A DNA stretch of 64,000 nt, from NCBI GenBank assembly GCA_963752595.1, contig CAVVYZ010000001.1:160001-224000 (forward strand), read 5' to 3'. Positions within the stretch are counted from its first letter, which is position 1, and every line of letters starts with the position of its first letter. Position numbers and translations under genes: made by a program. The notes below the pieces were generated by a model that did not search any database, was not told where the DNA came from, and worked only from the letters and a program-made list of their open reading frames with translations. Shown piece by piece: positions 40,158 through 49,894 of this stretch. This stretch comes from an uncultured delta proteobacterium (lineage in GTDB: Bacteria; Desulfobacterota; Desulfomonilia; UBA1062).

Positions 40158-40573
40158 CCTTATCTCCTCGCCTTAAAGGTTTTCATACTGTACCAGGAAG
40201 CCCAATTCATCTGATACTGAACTACAATTGCGGCACTATATACCAATGTCTCATTGGGGACAATAATGTCTATTCTTAATACCCGGCATCGCATGAATAC
40301 TATCTATGGCTTTATGCTTCTTCACAAAAATGTACCAATCCCATGGTTTTTATTATCGAGCCGGAGGTAGAAGATCAGCTTGATCGCCGCATGACCGTAT
40401 GTACAGGAGGTGCGTTGTCATTTAGATTCATAGAAGCATGTGATAGCTTCGGCCGGGCAAGGATACACTCATTGAATAATGCCCGTGCAGCTATAGGAAT
40501 AAGCTATTTGCTATAGTATCCCCCTTCCTATAGACATACCTGGAGAGTTTCATCAAAAGAAAGGGAGAGAAAA

Positions 40574-41731
40574 ATGGAACATAAGATCGAGCCGCTACTG
40601 AACGATGAGTATACAGGCTTTCCGACAAAGCGGGCACTGGCGTACCTGCAGTCGAAGCGGGAAAAGGGATGCAAGATTGTGGGGGCGTACTGCGCGTATG
40701 CACCACTTGAGATCATCCGGGCCATGGATGCTGCCCCGGCAGTGCTGTGCGCCTATGCAAATTCTACCATCGAGACTGCGGAAGCCGTGCTGCCGTCCAA
40801 CCTGTGTCCCCTGATCAAGTCGAGCTATGGATTTATCCTCAAAGATACCTGCCCCTTCTTCAGCATTTCCGATGCCGTGGTCGGGGAAACGACCTGCGAC
40901 GGGAAGAAAAAGATGTTCGAGCTCATCTCCACCAACAGGCCTCTCTTCGTCATGGACCTCCCGCAGCTGCCCGACGAGAAGGAAGCGGAATCCAACTGGG
41001 CGGTCATGCTCAGGAAGTTCGCGTCGTTTCTGGAAAAGACCTTCGATGCAGTGATAGACGACGATGCCATCGAAGCGGAGATCAAGGATACGAACCGGAA
41101 GAACGCTCTCATGGACAAGGTCTTCTCCTATGCGATGCACCATCCGCCGCTCATCTCCTGGGAGGAGACATATGACTTCCTCCTCGTGGCTCAGCTCGCC
41201 AGGGCATCGGAGATCGAGGGCATGCTTGCCGAGGTTCTGGACAAGCTCGAAGACCGGAAGAGAAAAGGCATCGCTCACGGCCCGGAGAACGCACCGCGCG
41301 TGCTCGTCACCGGGTGTCCCGTGGGCGGCGATTCTCTTAAAGTATACCGGATAATCGAAGAAGCCGGCGGCCGCATCGTGGCCATGGATGCATGCTCGGG
41401 CATGAAGCCCTTTGCCGGCCGGATCAAAGAAGACACCGGCGACCCGATTGCAGCCCTCTCGCGGAAGTACCTGAAAATTCCCTGCTCCTGCATGACGCCC
41501 AATACCGGACGCCTGAAGGCCATGGACGGGCTCGTGGATAGCTTCAAGCCCGATGCCGTCATCGAGATTGTCCTCCATGCCTGCCATACGTACAACATCG
41601 AGTCGTACAAGATCGGGCAGCACGCGCGGAACGAGCACGGTCTTCCCTACCTCAAGATCGTCACCGATTATTCCACAGGGGATATCGAGCAGATCAGGAC
41701 CAGGATCGAGGCGCTCTTCGAGAGCTTATAG
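40574..41731 (+). CDS. Double-cubane-cluster-type anaerobic reductase (DCCP/YjiM-like; 2-hydroxyacyl-CoA dehydratase superfamily)
   Basis: GAYCAYAP.E, VLC, NLCPLIKSSYG, TCPFF, GETTCDGKKKMFE, TGCP, CSG.K, CSCMTPN and ACHTY.IE. Confidence 0.85.
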   Translation: MEHKIEPLLNDEYTGFPTKRALAYLQSKREKGCKIVGAYCAYAPLEIIRAMDAAPAVLCAYANSTIETAEAVLPSNLCPLIKSSYGFILKDTCPFFSISDAVVGETTCDGKKKMFELISTNRPLFVMDLPQLPDEKEAESNWAVMLRKFASFLEKTFDAVIDDDAIEAEIKDTNRKNALMDKVFSYAMHHPPLISWEETYDFLLVAQLARASEIEGMLAEVLDKLEDRKRKGIAHGPENAPRVLVTGCPVGGDSLKVYRIIEEAGGRIVAMDACSGMKPFAGRIKEDTGDPIAALSRKYLKIPCSCMTPNTGRLKAMDGLVDSFKPDAVIEIVLHACHTYNIESYKIGQHARNEHGLPYLKIVTDYSTGDIEQIRTRIEALFESL

Positions 41732-41754
41732 GGATGTTTTAAGGGGATCGGTGA

Positions 41755-41806
41755 TCCGCCCTGCGCTTCAGGAGAATGAAGCGGTCCTCCCGAAGCGCAG
41801 GGCGGA
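41755..41806. terminator. Strong stem-loop between convergent genes
   Basis: TCCGCCCTGCGCTTC (41755-41769) / GAAGCGCAGGGCGGA (41792-41806), a 15-bp perfect inverted repeat with no clear U-tract. Confidence 0.6.
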
Positions 41807-42024
41807 ACATCTCATGCCGCGCTGTCCTGGATCTCTCATTTGCGCACTCGTCCTTTGCAAATAATTAATCACATGAATACAGCGGATGGTTTCAAGCCAT
41901 AAATAATCGAAGGCCGATATATCGAAACAGTCTTTGTTCCAAAAGGCGATCTGCCCTCACCCGTACCATGCAAGGTATTGATACGGCTCGGGACCAGCAT
42001 GCTCCTCGATGTATTGAGTTTGAA

Positions 42025-42249
42025 TTACAGGGTGCAGAGGTCGCGGAATTCCACGGCGCCCGTGAGGGCGGATATGATCTCTTCACGAAGCTCGGGGCGG
42101 AACCGGATGCACACCCCGCAATCGGAGCTGATCTGACGGGGCACCGGAATCACCTTGTGGACGATACCGTGCTTTTTCAGGGTTCTTTCGGCGAGCAGCG
42201 TCGAGCTCACCGAGTCGAACAGGAGTACGCAGTAGCCTTGGTCGCTCAT
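42025..42249 (-). CDS. DUF3343 protein
   Basis: F.S....L.AE..LK...IPVPRQISSDCGVCIRF; ATGA overlap with yedF. Confidence 0.88.
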   Translation of the reverse strand: MSDQGYCVLLFDSVSSTLLAERTLKKHGIVHKVIPVPRQISSDCGVCIRFRPELREEIISALTGAVEFRDLCTL

Positions 42250-42842
42250 ATCCGGATGATCTTCCCTGCCTTAAGCATGCTCTCGGCAATCTCATACATG
42301 TTGGATACCCTGCCCACAGCGAGCTTGTCCTTGATTTCGAAATACCCGAGGCAGGTTCCGCACACAAGGATAGTCACCCCTTTCTTCGAAAGATCTTCGA
42401 GGTCGTCGAGCACTTCGGAGCCCGAGACGGTGAGCTTTACCCCGGTATTGAAGAAAATCAGGGTAGTCGGCGGCTTGGATAGATCGGTCAGGGTATGGAT
42501 GAAGCTCTTCATGAGAACTGCGCCGAGCTCGTCATTGCCGCTTCCCATCGTGTCCGATGCAATGACCGCTACGACAGGGCCGGATACGGGCTCTGTTGAA
42601 TGACAGCCGGAGGTGTCTGCCTGCTTGGGCTCCTCCTGCCTGATGATGGTGAGATAGAGGTCGGCGCCTTTCCGGTTGAACGAGATCCTGCATCCCATGC
42701 TCTCTGCAAAACGCCTGACATTTTCCTCCGATTCCTTTTCGTTCACGATCACCGTGAACTCGGGGTACTGTTCAAGGGCTTTCTTGGTCAGGACAACAGG
42801 TTCGGGGCATGGCAGGCCCCGTGCATCGATCTCTTTTTTCAT
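42246..42842 (-). CDS. yedF: YedF-type sulfurtransferase-like selenium metabolism protein (TusA + DsrE domains)
   Basis: IDARGLPCPEPVVLTKKAL; MGSG.DELG..LM.SF; VCGTCL.YF; G.VSNMY.I. Confidence 0.9.
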   Translation of the reverse strand: MKKEIDARGLPCPEPVVLTKKALEQYPEFTVIVNEKESEENVRRFAESMGCRISFNRKGADLYLTIIRQEEPKQADTSGCHSTEPVSGPVVAVIASDTMGSGNDELGAVLMKSFIHTLTDLSKPPTTLIFFNTGVKLTVSGSEVLDDLEDLSKKGVTILVCGTCLGYFEIKDKLAVGRVSNMYEIAESMLKAGKIIRI

Positions 42843-44014
42843 GGCAGCTCCTTGGTCTTGTTCTCTTCTGCGATCCCGGCGACCGCTTTAACGGCGTATT
42901 CAACATCTTCCCTGGTGGTGAAGAACCCGGGGCTGAACCGGACAGTCCCTTGGGGAAAGGTCCCGATGGTCTTATGGGCGGAGGGCGCACAGTGCAGGCC
43001 CGGCCTGGACATGATCCCGTACTCATCGTCAAGCATCAGCGCCGCCTGGGACGGGTTTATTCCCTCGATGGTAAATGATACCACGGCGGTCTGCCTCGCT
43101 GCGTCATGCACCCCGAACATGCGGACGCCCGGGATGGAATCGAGACCTGCGAGGAGGTATGCGGTGAGCGCCTCTTCTTTCTGCCGGATGGTCTCGATGC
43201 CCGTATCCAGGATGAACCGCACCCCGGCATGAAGCCCTGCGATGCCGATCGCGTTCGGCGTGCCCGCTTCGTACTTGTCGGGCATGAACTCGGGCTGGGT
43301 CTCGAACTCCGATCTGCTGCCCGTGCCCCCAAGCATTGGGGAAGAGATCATTTCTTCAAGGCCTTTCCGCATATAGAGGCCGCCGGTGCCCTGGGGGCCG
43401 TAGAGCCCCTTGTGGCCGGTAAAGGCGAGGAGGTCTATGTGCATGTCTTCGACATTGATGGGGAGCACACCTGCGGTCTGCGCGGCATCCACGCACAGGA
43501 GAATGCCCCTTTCCCGGGCAATGGCACCGACTTCAGCCACCGGCATGATCGTGCCGGTCACGTTCGATGCATGGGTGATGAAGATTGCCCTCGTATCGGG
43601 CCTGATGAGGGAAGCAATTTCCTTAGGGTCGAGCTCGCCTGCCTCTGTGCACGGGGCTATGCAGAGCCTCACCCCGTTAACTTCAGCAAACCTTAAGGGC
43701 CGCATGACCGAGTTGTGCTCCATGCTTGTGGTGATTACATGGTCGCCCGGTCGAAGCAGCCCGGATATAACGATGTTGAGGGCCTCGGTGGCATTCTTCG
43801 TGAAGACTATCCTGAGCATGTCGGGAATGCCGAAAAGCTCTGCCAGGGCTTCCCTCGCATCCATCATGATCCGTGCGGCCTCGATGGAGAGCGTGTGGCC
43901 GGACCTGCCGGGGTTGGCGCCCACCGAGCGATTGAACTCCTCCATGGCAGACATCATGCTTTCCGGCTTCGGCCATGAGGTGGCTGCATTGTCGAGGTAC
44001 GTGATTCTTTTCAC
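42839..44014 (-). CDS. Cysteine desulfurase/selenocysteine lyase family PLP enzyme
   Basis: YLDNAATSWPKP, EHNSV.RP, HASNVTG, DAAQTAG, FTGHKGL.GPQGTG and RPGLHCAP. Confidence 0.92.
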   Translation of the reverse strand: MKRITYLDNAATSWPKPESMMSAMEEFNRSVGANPGRSGHTLSIEAARIMMDAREALAELFGIPDMLRIVFTKNATEALNIVISGLLRPGDHVITTSMEHNSVMRPLRFAEVNGVRLCIAPCTEAGELDPKEIASLIRPDTRAIFITHASNVTGTIMPVAEVGAIARERGILLCVDAAQTAGVLPINVEDMHIDLLAFTGHKGLYGPQGTGGLYMRKGLEEMISSPMLGGTGSRSEFETQPEFMPDKYEAGTPNAIGIAGLHAGVRFILDTGIETIRQKEEALTAYLLAGLDSIPGVRMFGVHDAARQTAVVSFTIEGINPSQAALMLDDEYGIMSRPGLHCAPSAHKTIGTFPQGTVRFSPGFFTTREDVEYAVKAVAGIAEENKTKELP

Positions 44015-44238
44015 AAAAATCTCTTTTTCTCTTTATGCTCTGCGTTTGAGTTCACAGTGTGAAGCTCTGTCGTTATCTTAGGGGGTAGTTCATGGAGCTT
44101 TATAAGTCAAATTCAAAAACGGCATACATGGGGGGTAATTATGCGGATGGATAATACCTGTCATTTTCAGAACCGTTCTCTGCTGCTTTGGAAAGGGTCG
44201 ATTGCGGCCTTCGTATAAGGGACTTCAAAAAGAGCCGA

Positions 44239-45516
44239 TCACGCCCGGCTCCTTTCTCCCGCCCGTTTGGCATCGATCATTTCGAGCAGGGCCTCCAGCC
44301 TCGTGAAGGCGGCCTCTTCGCTGTACTTGCGCTCGTCCGCGTGGTCGACGTCGATCATGACGCAGGGTATGTTCAGCGCTTCCCGGATATTCTTCATCTG
44401 GTCCATCTGCATCAGCGAATAGACCTTGCAGCTGCGGTTGCCGGCAAAGACCACGCCGTCGATCGCATTGCGCTCGATGACCTCCTTCATGGCCTTGCTC
44501 CGTAAGGCAAGGCCGTGGGGGCAGACCGAGAAATTCTGGAGCCGTGCAAGCCAGGCGAGCGGGTCGCGGCCGTCGAATTCGTACGCGTCATATTCCCCTT
44601 CAAGGGCTCCGATGCAGTAGGTGTAGCTTGCCGAGGTGATGTTCGCGCCCAGGCTCCCCAGGCGGGTCGACATCTTTCTCAGCTGGTGCCAGGGCGCGAT
44701 GTTGTCCCACAGGAGCCGGTATCTCTCCTCCGGGACAGGAAAGATGCCGTTTCTGACCTGCTCCTCGGTTTCGTCGGCCAGGAGGCGGTAGTGGTCCAGA
44801 AGCTGCTCTGTCCCGCGGGAGGTAAGCACAGGTGCCATCTGCACGAACGAATCAAAGGCCGTGATGCCCGAGGGCCTGTGCGAGGCAAAGCTTAAGAAAC
44901 GCTTCCATTCCTTCAACGCCAGGCTGGAGAGCCGTACCGATTCCCTTGCCCTGTCGATATCGAATTTCTGACCGCTCAATTCTTCGATGGTCCGGATAAG
45001 GCTGCCGAACTGGGCCATGATATAGGCGAAGTCGTCGGGAAGCTGATTCCCGTAGCAGAACGGGATATCCAGGACAACGTGGGGCACACCCCATGTGCGG
45101 TGGTGGACATCGAACCATTTGACCAGGAGCGAGCAGTTATTGTTGTTGCTGATGAGCAGGTCCGGCTTGGGCAGGCCGAAGGTGGGGGAGTCATTGCCGC
45201 CTCCCAGGACAGTGCCGATATCGATCCGCGCATAGGAGCACAGGTCGGTTGAATATCCTTTAGCCTCGGCTTTTTCGCACAGGAGCGAGCCCACACCTTT
45301 GCCTGCACACAAGGCGGCATGGCTTTCGGGCACGGCATAGACCACGTTGTCGAACCCGGAGAAGATCTCTGCGGGCACGATGATGGCGATCCACACGACA
45401 AACGCTCCCTCGGAGGCCCTCCGGTGCAGGGTGAGGTAATCGTTCATGAGGATCGAGCTGAGCCTCTTTCCCGATGTGTTTTTCCTGAATTCTGTGTGGG
45501 GTTTTTCTTCAGTCAT
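44239..45516 (-). CDS. 2-hydroxyacyl-CoA dehydratase/benzoyl-CoA reductase family subunit (HgdA/BcrB-like)
   Basis: PES, DLCSYAR, NNNC..LVKWF, RLLWD..APW, RSCK and DHADER.YSE...TRLEA. Confidence 0.87.
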   Translation of the reverse strand: MTEEKPHTEFRKNTSGKRLSSILMNDYLTLHRRASEGAFVVWIAIIVPAEIFSGFDNVVYAVPESHAALCAGKGVGSLLCEKAEAKGYSTDLCSYARIDIGTVLGGGNDSPTFGLPKPDLLISNNNNCSLLVKWFDVHHRTWGVPHVVLDIPFCYGNQLPDDFAYIMAQFGSLIRTIEELSGQKFDIDRARESVRLSSLALKEWKRFLSFASHRPSGITAFDSFVQMAPVLTSRGTEQLLDHYRLLADETEEQVRNGIFPVPEERYRLLWDNIAPWHQLRKMSTRLGSLGANITSASYTYCIGALEGEYDAYEFDGRDPLAWLARLQNFSVCPHGLALRSKAMKEVIERNAIDGVVFAGNRSCKVYSLMQMDQMKNIREALNIPCVMIDVDHADERKYSEEAAFTRLEALLEMIDAKRAGERSRA

Positions 45517-46688
45517 GAATGTCTCCTCTGAGCGCTTGAAGCGTCAAGCAGCTGAGCAAACGTTTCGATTCTGGTCTTGTACGAGTCCGGGTCTTTCGTG
45601 CCGTCCGTGCCCGTTTCGAGGAACAGGCTCCTGACTCCCATTTCTTTCAGCATCCCTTCGATGTACGGAAATTCGAAGTATTCGTATTCGCAGAATTTCT
45701 CGCCTATGAAGATGAAGCCTTGGATATCGTTCTGCCTGACAGCCTCCCTGATGATTTCGAGACGCAGATCAGAGGAGGGAAGGATCGTGGGGCAGGGGTG
45801 GTGGTTCCGGTAGAAATCTTCATAGTATGCGACCGGGTCGGGTGTTGCCGCTGCGCAGGAGGCATAGGAGCGTTTTTGTGCTGCGATATCGTTTGCAGCA
45901 ATGACAAGGCTTACGCTTTCCATGCATTCGATGAGATCCCGGGTCGGGGGAAGGATCCCGCTGAGCATGACGGCATGGCGTTTATGCAGGCTGCTGCAGG
46001 CGCTGGAAAGAGGTGCCGGTGATTTCGGATCGTTTCCCGGATCCCCGTCCGCCCCTTCGAGCAGTTTTTCGAGCAGGCCAATGTGGTCTTCTACAGGGAG
46101 CCGGTGCGCTGCCATCAAGGCTTCGGAGCAGTCTGCAAAGCTCATTCCCCCCTCTGCGGCCCGGGCTTCGAGATTCATACTTAAGGCCCGCTGTCTGCTA
46201 TAGAGACGGATGCTCTCAAGGAAGGCCTGTTCGGAGAATCCCCTTCCGGTAAAACCAGCCAGATCTGTGATGAGGCCTTCCATGCGCGCCTCCATGTACC
46301 GGGCAGCTCCTTCCTGATGGAGAGATACAGCGGGTATGTGGAGCCTGAAAATCGGGAGATGCTTCCCCTGTTCCCGCAATGCCCCATCGATGATTTCGGG
46401 GAGATTCCTGAGTGTATCACAGGCATTGTACATGAAGAGGGCATCCATGAGCCCGTACTCATGGGAGAGCACGAACTCGGTCAGGCACCGGGCCACCCGG
46501 CAGGCATAAGGCTGGAGGTGCCGGTCGCTCAATGCAAGTCCTGCCGGGCCCGGTTCCAAGTTCCAGAGCACCACAGGAGTGAGCCCGAAAGAATGCAGAA
46601 GCTCAAGGGGAGGGTAGAGGGGGAAGCATCCGATCAGCATATGGCCCTTTGCCTTCATGCCATGTAAAGAACTCAGAAAGCCGTCCAT
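45513..46688 (-). CDS. 2-hydroxyacyl-CoA dehydratase/benzoyl-CoA reductase family subunit (HgdB/BcrC-like)
   Basis: GCFPLYPPLEL, YAC, ACDTLRNL, KFCEYE and KTRIETF; ATGA overlap with the partner gene. Start uncertain (ORF extends to 46772). Confidence 0.82.
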   Translation of the reverse strand: MDGFLSSLHGMKAKGHMLIGCFPLYPPLELLHSFGLTPVVLWNLEPGPAGLALSDRHLQPYACRVARCLTEFVLSHEYGLMDALFMYNACDTLRNLPEIIDGALREQGKHLPIFRLHIPAVSLHQEGAARYMEARMEGLITDLAGFTGRGFSEQAFLESIRLYSRQRALSMNLEARAAEGGMSFADCSEALMAAHRLPVEDHIGLLEKLLEGADGDPGNDPKSPAPLSSACSSLHKRHAVMLSGILPPTRDLIECMESVSLVIAANDIAAQKRSYASCAAATPDPVAYYEDFYRNHHPCPTILPSSDLRLEIIREAVRQNDIQGFIFIGEKFCEYEYFEFPYIEGMLKEMGVRSLFLETGTDGTKDPDSYKTRIETFAQLLDASSAQRRHS

Positions 46689-46840
46689 ACTGCTCTCCTT
46701 ATTTTCATTCTGCTCTTCCGTTGCCATGCCCGGATAAGAACAAAAAACGAGCGGCAATCCGGAATAATGCACTATAACATACTGTTATATTCATTAAAGG
46801 AGACAGGAGGTGAAAGCAATGGAAATATAAACGCCGGGTC

Positions 46841-47302
46841 CTATTCCCACGCAAAGGTCATGGTCACAGCCTTTTCATACTGCTTCTCGTGCTGGAGGGT
46901 TTCCGATGGGAAGAGTTCTTCAATGATGATGGTCTGGGTCAGAGGCTCGTAGCCTGTCCTGACCGCCCGGAAGGTGCAAGGGGTCTCGCTTTCGAATTGT
47001 GTTGCCCGGATGAGGTATTCCGTCTTTCCGCTCACGGGGGAGAAGATTTTGCATTTGCGGCCACTGATCGACGGTTCTGCCTTGAGTATCATCGAGAACG
47101 GTGTGACACCCTTGAGATCATCACCAATATACACCTGAGCCCCGCTCGGGTTTGATCTGAATTGCACGGTCAGCATCAGGCGGCAGTACCCCCTGAAATC
47201 GTACCAGGATGCCCGGTCCTGGTCATACGGGACATCGCACCCCGCTGCTGCAGCGACTACAAGTCCAAGGAGTATGCTTGATAGGAATATGCTTCTCATC
47301 AT
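46841..47302 (-). CDS. PEGA-domain lipoprotein
   Basis: Lipobox AAAGC; RSNPSGAQVYIG...GVTP. Confidence 0.75.
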   Translation of the reverse strand: MMRSIFLSSILLGLVVAAAAGCDVPYDQDRASWYDFRGYCRLMLTVQFRSNPSGAQVYIGDDLKGVTPFSMILKAEPSISGRKCKIFSPVSGKTEYLIRATQFESETPCTFRAVRTGYEPLTQTIIIEELFPSETLQHEKQYEKAVTMTFAWE

Positions 47303-47515
47303 TCATGTATTGCCGGGCGGATCATTCTACCCGACGGTAAAAAGAAAAGTCCGTATTTAACTAGCCTTAAGATGTTTATAGAAGGCTGGAGAAAAAACTC
47401 AATACCCGGAGCGATATATGTTTTTAAGATCTCATGAAGAGCCTTCGTACGGGACCCTTCCTGCGTGGATTTTTTAATACCATGTCTTCCGGGCAGATGT
47501 TATTCCTGATAAAGA

Positions 47516-48574
47516 TCAGAATGAGAGGGACAAGGTGAGTGACCCGAATACCTGGCCTTCCTTCTGCTCCTCGAATGTCCTGGTCTTGTATACCTGGGCA
47601 TAGGTGATCTTGTAGCGCGAAATGAGTATCCCGATGCCGGCAACGATATCACCGACAAAAGGCTCTTTCTTGACATGGTGGCTTTCAAGGAAGGTATTCC
47701 CATCCAGTGAAACATCGCGTACTACGGCAGATCCTTCCAGCCCTGCAAAAATATGGGAGCTGAAGCGGGCGGATCTCCCGGAGATGCGCGGGTCCGAATC
47801 ATCGACCGGCGCATTGCTGTCTGATCCGGGCCGGATGATATAGGTGCCGAAATCCTTGGGAAGATTCCATCCGAACCTTGCCTGTGCACCGATATTCACT
47901 CCGGTGTATGCATTCCCTACTCCTATCCCGGCGTGCGGAATCATATCGAGTCCCAGGTCGTCATCCGGCGGGAGATGTGAGAGTCTCCACTTACGTTCAA
48001 AGAAGAGATTGCAGACAGGCTCGTCATCGAGCTGATTGTCCCAACCCCTGGGTATGGGGCAATGCAGTGCCTTATGGAGCTGCTTCTGCACATTTTCGCC
48101 ATAGGAATGGTGGCCGACGATGCCCACATCGAATTCCAGGGTATCCATCATGGATGTGTTCCTGCTGTGAAAACCTATGGCCGCTTCGGTTATGCCTGCA
48201 TATGGCCGGTCGTCATCGATGAGCCCGGTGGATATCGTATTGCGGGGTGTGTAGACCTGATGGATGAGGGAGAGCGAGACGGTTTTCAGATTACCCTGCT
48301 TGTTCACGATGGGAAGATGCTGCACCATGGGGGTGTACCATCTCTCTGTGGCGCTGATTTCCCGGTATTCGCTCAAATCGGGCGAGAGCCAGGTAAACTT
48401 CATTCCTCCCGTATAACCGAAGTCGGTCATGCCGAAAAAATCGTTATCAAAGGAGGCGGTAAAGGTGCTGGTGTTCCTGGCAGTTATGCGGTCATCCGCT
48501 GCAAGTGTGCCGGGAAGCATGCACAAGGCACTGAAAATGATGATATATAGAATCATGCAGGGCAGGCCTGCCAC
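47516..48574 (-). CDS. lpxR: Lipid A 3'-O-deacylase LpxR-family (DUF2219) outer-membrane protein
   Basis: DNDFF..TD.GYTGG, Q.YTP, DRPYAG, QKQLH, GWDNQL, LDGNTF and a C-terminal Phe. Confidence 0.85.
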   Translation of the reverse strand: MAGLPCMILYIIIFSALCMLPGTLAADDRITARNTSTFTASFDNDFFGMTDFGYTGGMKFTWLSPDLSEYREISATERWYTPMVQHLPIVNKQGNLKTVSLSLIHQVYTPRNTISTGLIDDDRPYAGITEAAIGFHSRNTSMMDTLEFDVGIVGHHSYGENVQKQLHKALHCPIPRGWDNQLDDEPVCNLFFERKWRLSHLPPDDDLGLDMIPHAGIGVGNAYTGVNIGAQARFGWNLPKDFGTYIIRPGSDSNAPVDDSDPRISGRSARFSSHIFAGLEGSAVVRDVSLDGNTFLESHHVKKEPFVGDIVAGIGILISRYKITYAQVYKTRTFEEQKEGQVFGSLTLSLSF

Positions 48575-48817
48575 AGTTCCCTCTCTTTAACAGCGCCCTT
48601 TACCGTCTGCACAGGCCGAGCTGCAAATCCGGATCATGCGGCGCATGTAAGGGTACTTCCGCCACTAAGGATAAGAGGTACTGCCTGCCGGAGAATTTTC
48701 AATCAGGAAACCTGCCCTGGCAGGAGCAAACGAAATACGGTATAATTCCCGGCACAAGCTCCCCATGACCCCTGATTGCCGGAGCCTGTCATACCTGCCA
48801 AAAGGAGCGGTTCGTGT

Positions 48818-49876
48818 ATGGATGAGATCTATGAGCGATTGAGGATGCGTCTCGATGAAATGGCAACCGGCTATCCCGCAACCCCGGGCGGGGTCGAGGT
48901 CAGGCTGCTCAAAAGGCTCTTTACCCGGGATGATGCAGCATTGTTTCTCCGGTTGGGCGATGCCCCCGAGACCGCCCGGGAAGTTGCATCCCGCATCAGT
49001 GATGATCCGGGGTCCGTTGCCGCACGACTGGAAGACATGGCTCTGAAAGGGCTGCTGTTCCGGATCAGGCGTGGAGGTGAGCCCGCTTATCTTCCCATTC
49101 CCTTTGTCGTGGGGATCTATGAGTTTCAGGTGAACACCCTCGATGCGGACATCCTTCAAGACGTCTCGGAATATTATCTCTCCGGGCTCGGCCGATCGTT
49201 TCATTCGACGAAAATACCGCACCTGCGCACTATCCCCATAAACTCCGGCATGGTGTCGGCGCATCCCATCGCCCCCTACGACGATGCAATCGCCGTGGTG
49301 CAGCGCAAGGGTAAGATCGCGGTCGCCGAGTGCCTGTGCCGCAAGGCGGTCCGGATGTACGGCAAGGGCTGCAGCCATCCTCTGGAGACCTGCCTGCAGT
49401 TCGATGCCTACGCCGAGTACTACGTCGACAACGGCATGGCCAGGCCGCTGAGCATGGATGAGGCAATAAGCATACTCAAGCGGAACGAAAAAGAGGGGCT
49501 CGTTATCCAGACCCTGAATTCGCAGAATGTCGAGGCCATGTGCGCGTGCTGTTCCTGCTGCTGCGGCATGCTCATCTCACTCAAGCTCTTTCCTGCCCCT
49601 GCCCGTGAGGTCAAGAGCAATTACGTGTGCGCGGCCGATCCCGGGCCCTGCAGGGCATGCGGCCTCTGCGCGCAGCGTTGCCCCGTGGGAGCGGTCAGGG
49701 TAAAGGACGGAAAGTCGAGCCTTCGCGAGGAGCGGTGCATCGGGTGCGGGCTCTGCGTGAGCACGTGCCCCGAAGGGGCCAGGTCGCTCGTGAAGAAACC
49801 CCCGCACAAGCTCTACACACCGCCGGAGAACGTCTTCGACGCATTCGTCGAAATGAGCAGGGAGCGGGGGAAATAG
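48818..49876 (+). CDS. Iron-sulfur cluster-binding protein (Cys-rich domain + 2x[4Fe-4S] ferredoxin)
   Basis: CLCR...C..PLETC, CACCSCCCG, CRACGLCAQRCP and CIGCGLCVSTCP. Confidence 0.88.
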   Translation: MDEIYERLRMRLDEMATGYPATPGGVEVRLLKRLFTRDDAALFLRLGDAPETAREVASRISDDPGSVAARLEDMALKGLLFRIRRGGEPAYLPIPFVVGIYEFQVNTLDADILQDVSEYYLSGLGRSFHSTKIPHLRTIPINSGMVSAHPIAPYDDAIAVVQRKGKIAVAECLCRKAVRMYGKGCSHPLETCLQFDAYAEYYVDNGMARPLSMDEAISILKRNEKEGLVIQTLNSQNVEAMCACCSCCCGMLISLKLFPAPAREVKSNYVCAADPGPCRACGLCAQRCPVGAVRVKDGKSSLREERCIGCGLCVSTCPEGARSLVKKPPHKLYTPPENVFDAFVEMSRERGK

Positions 49877-49894
49877 GAGTAAAACTTTTTGCCC

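Noticed and set aside
42025-44014. Selenocysteine recoding in the Se-associated genes
   Set aside because: All active-site positions are Cys codons; the TGA codons are ordinary stops in ATGA overlaps.
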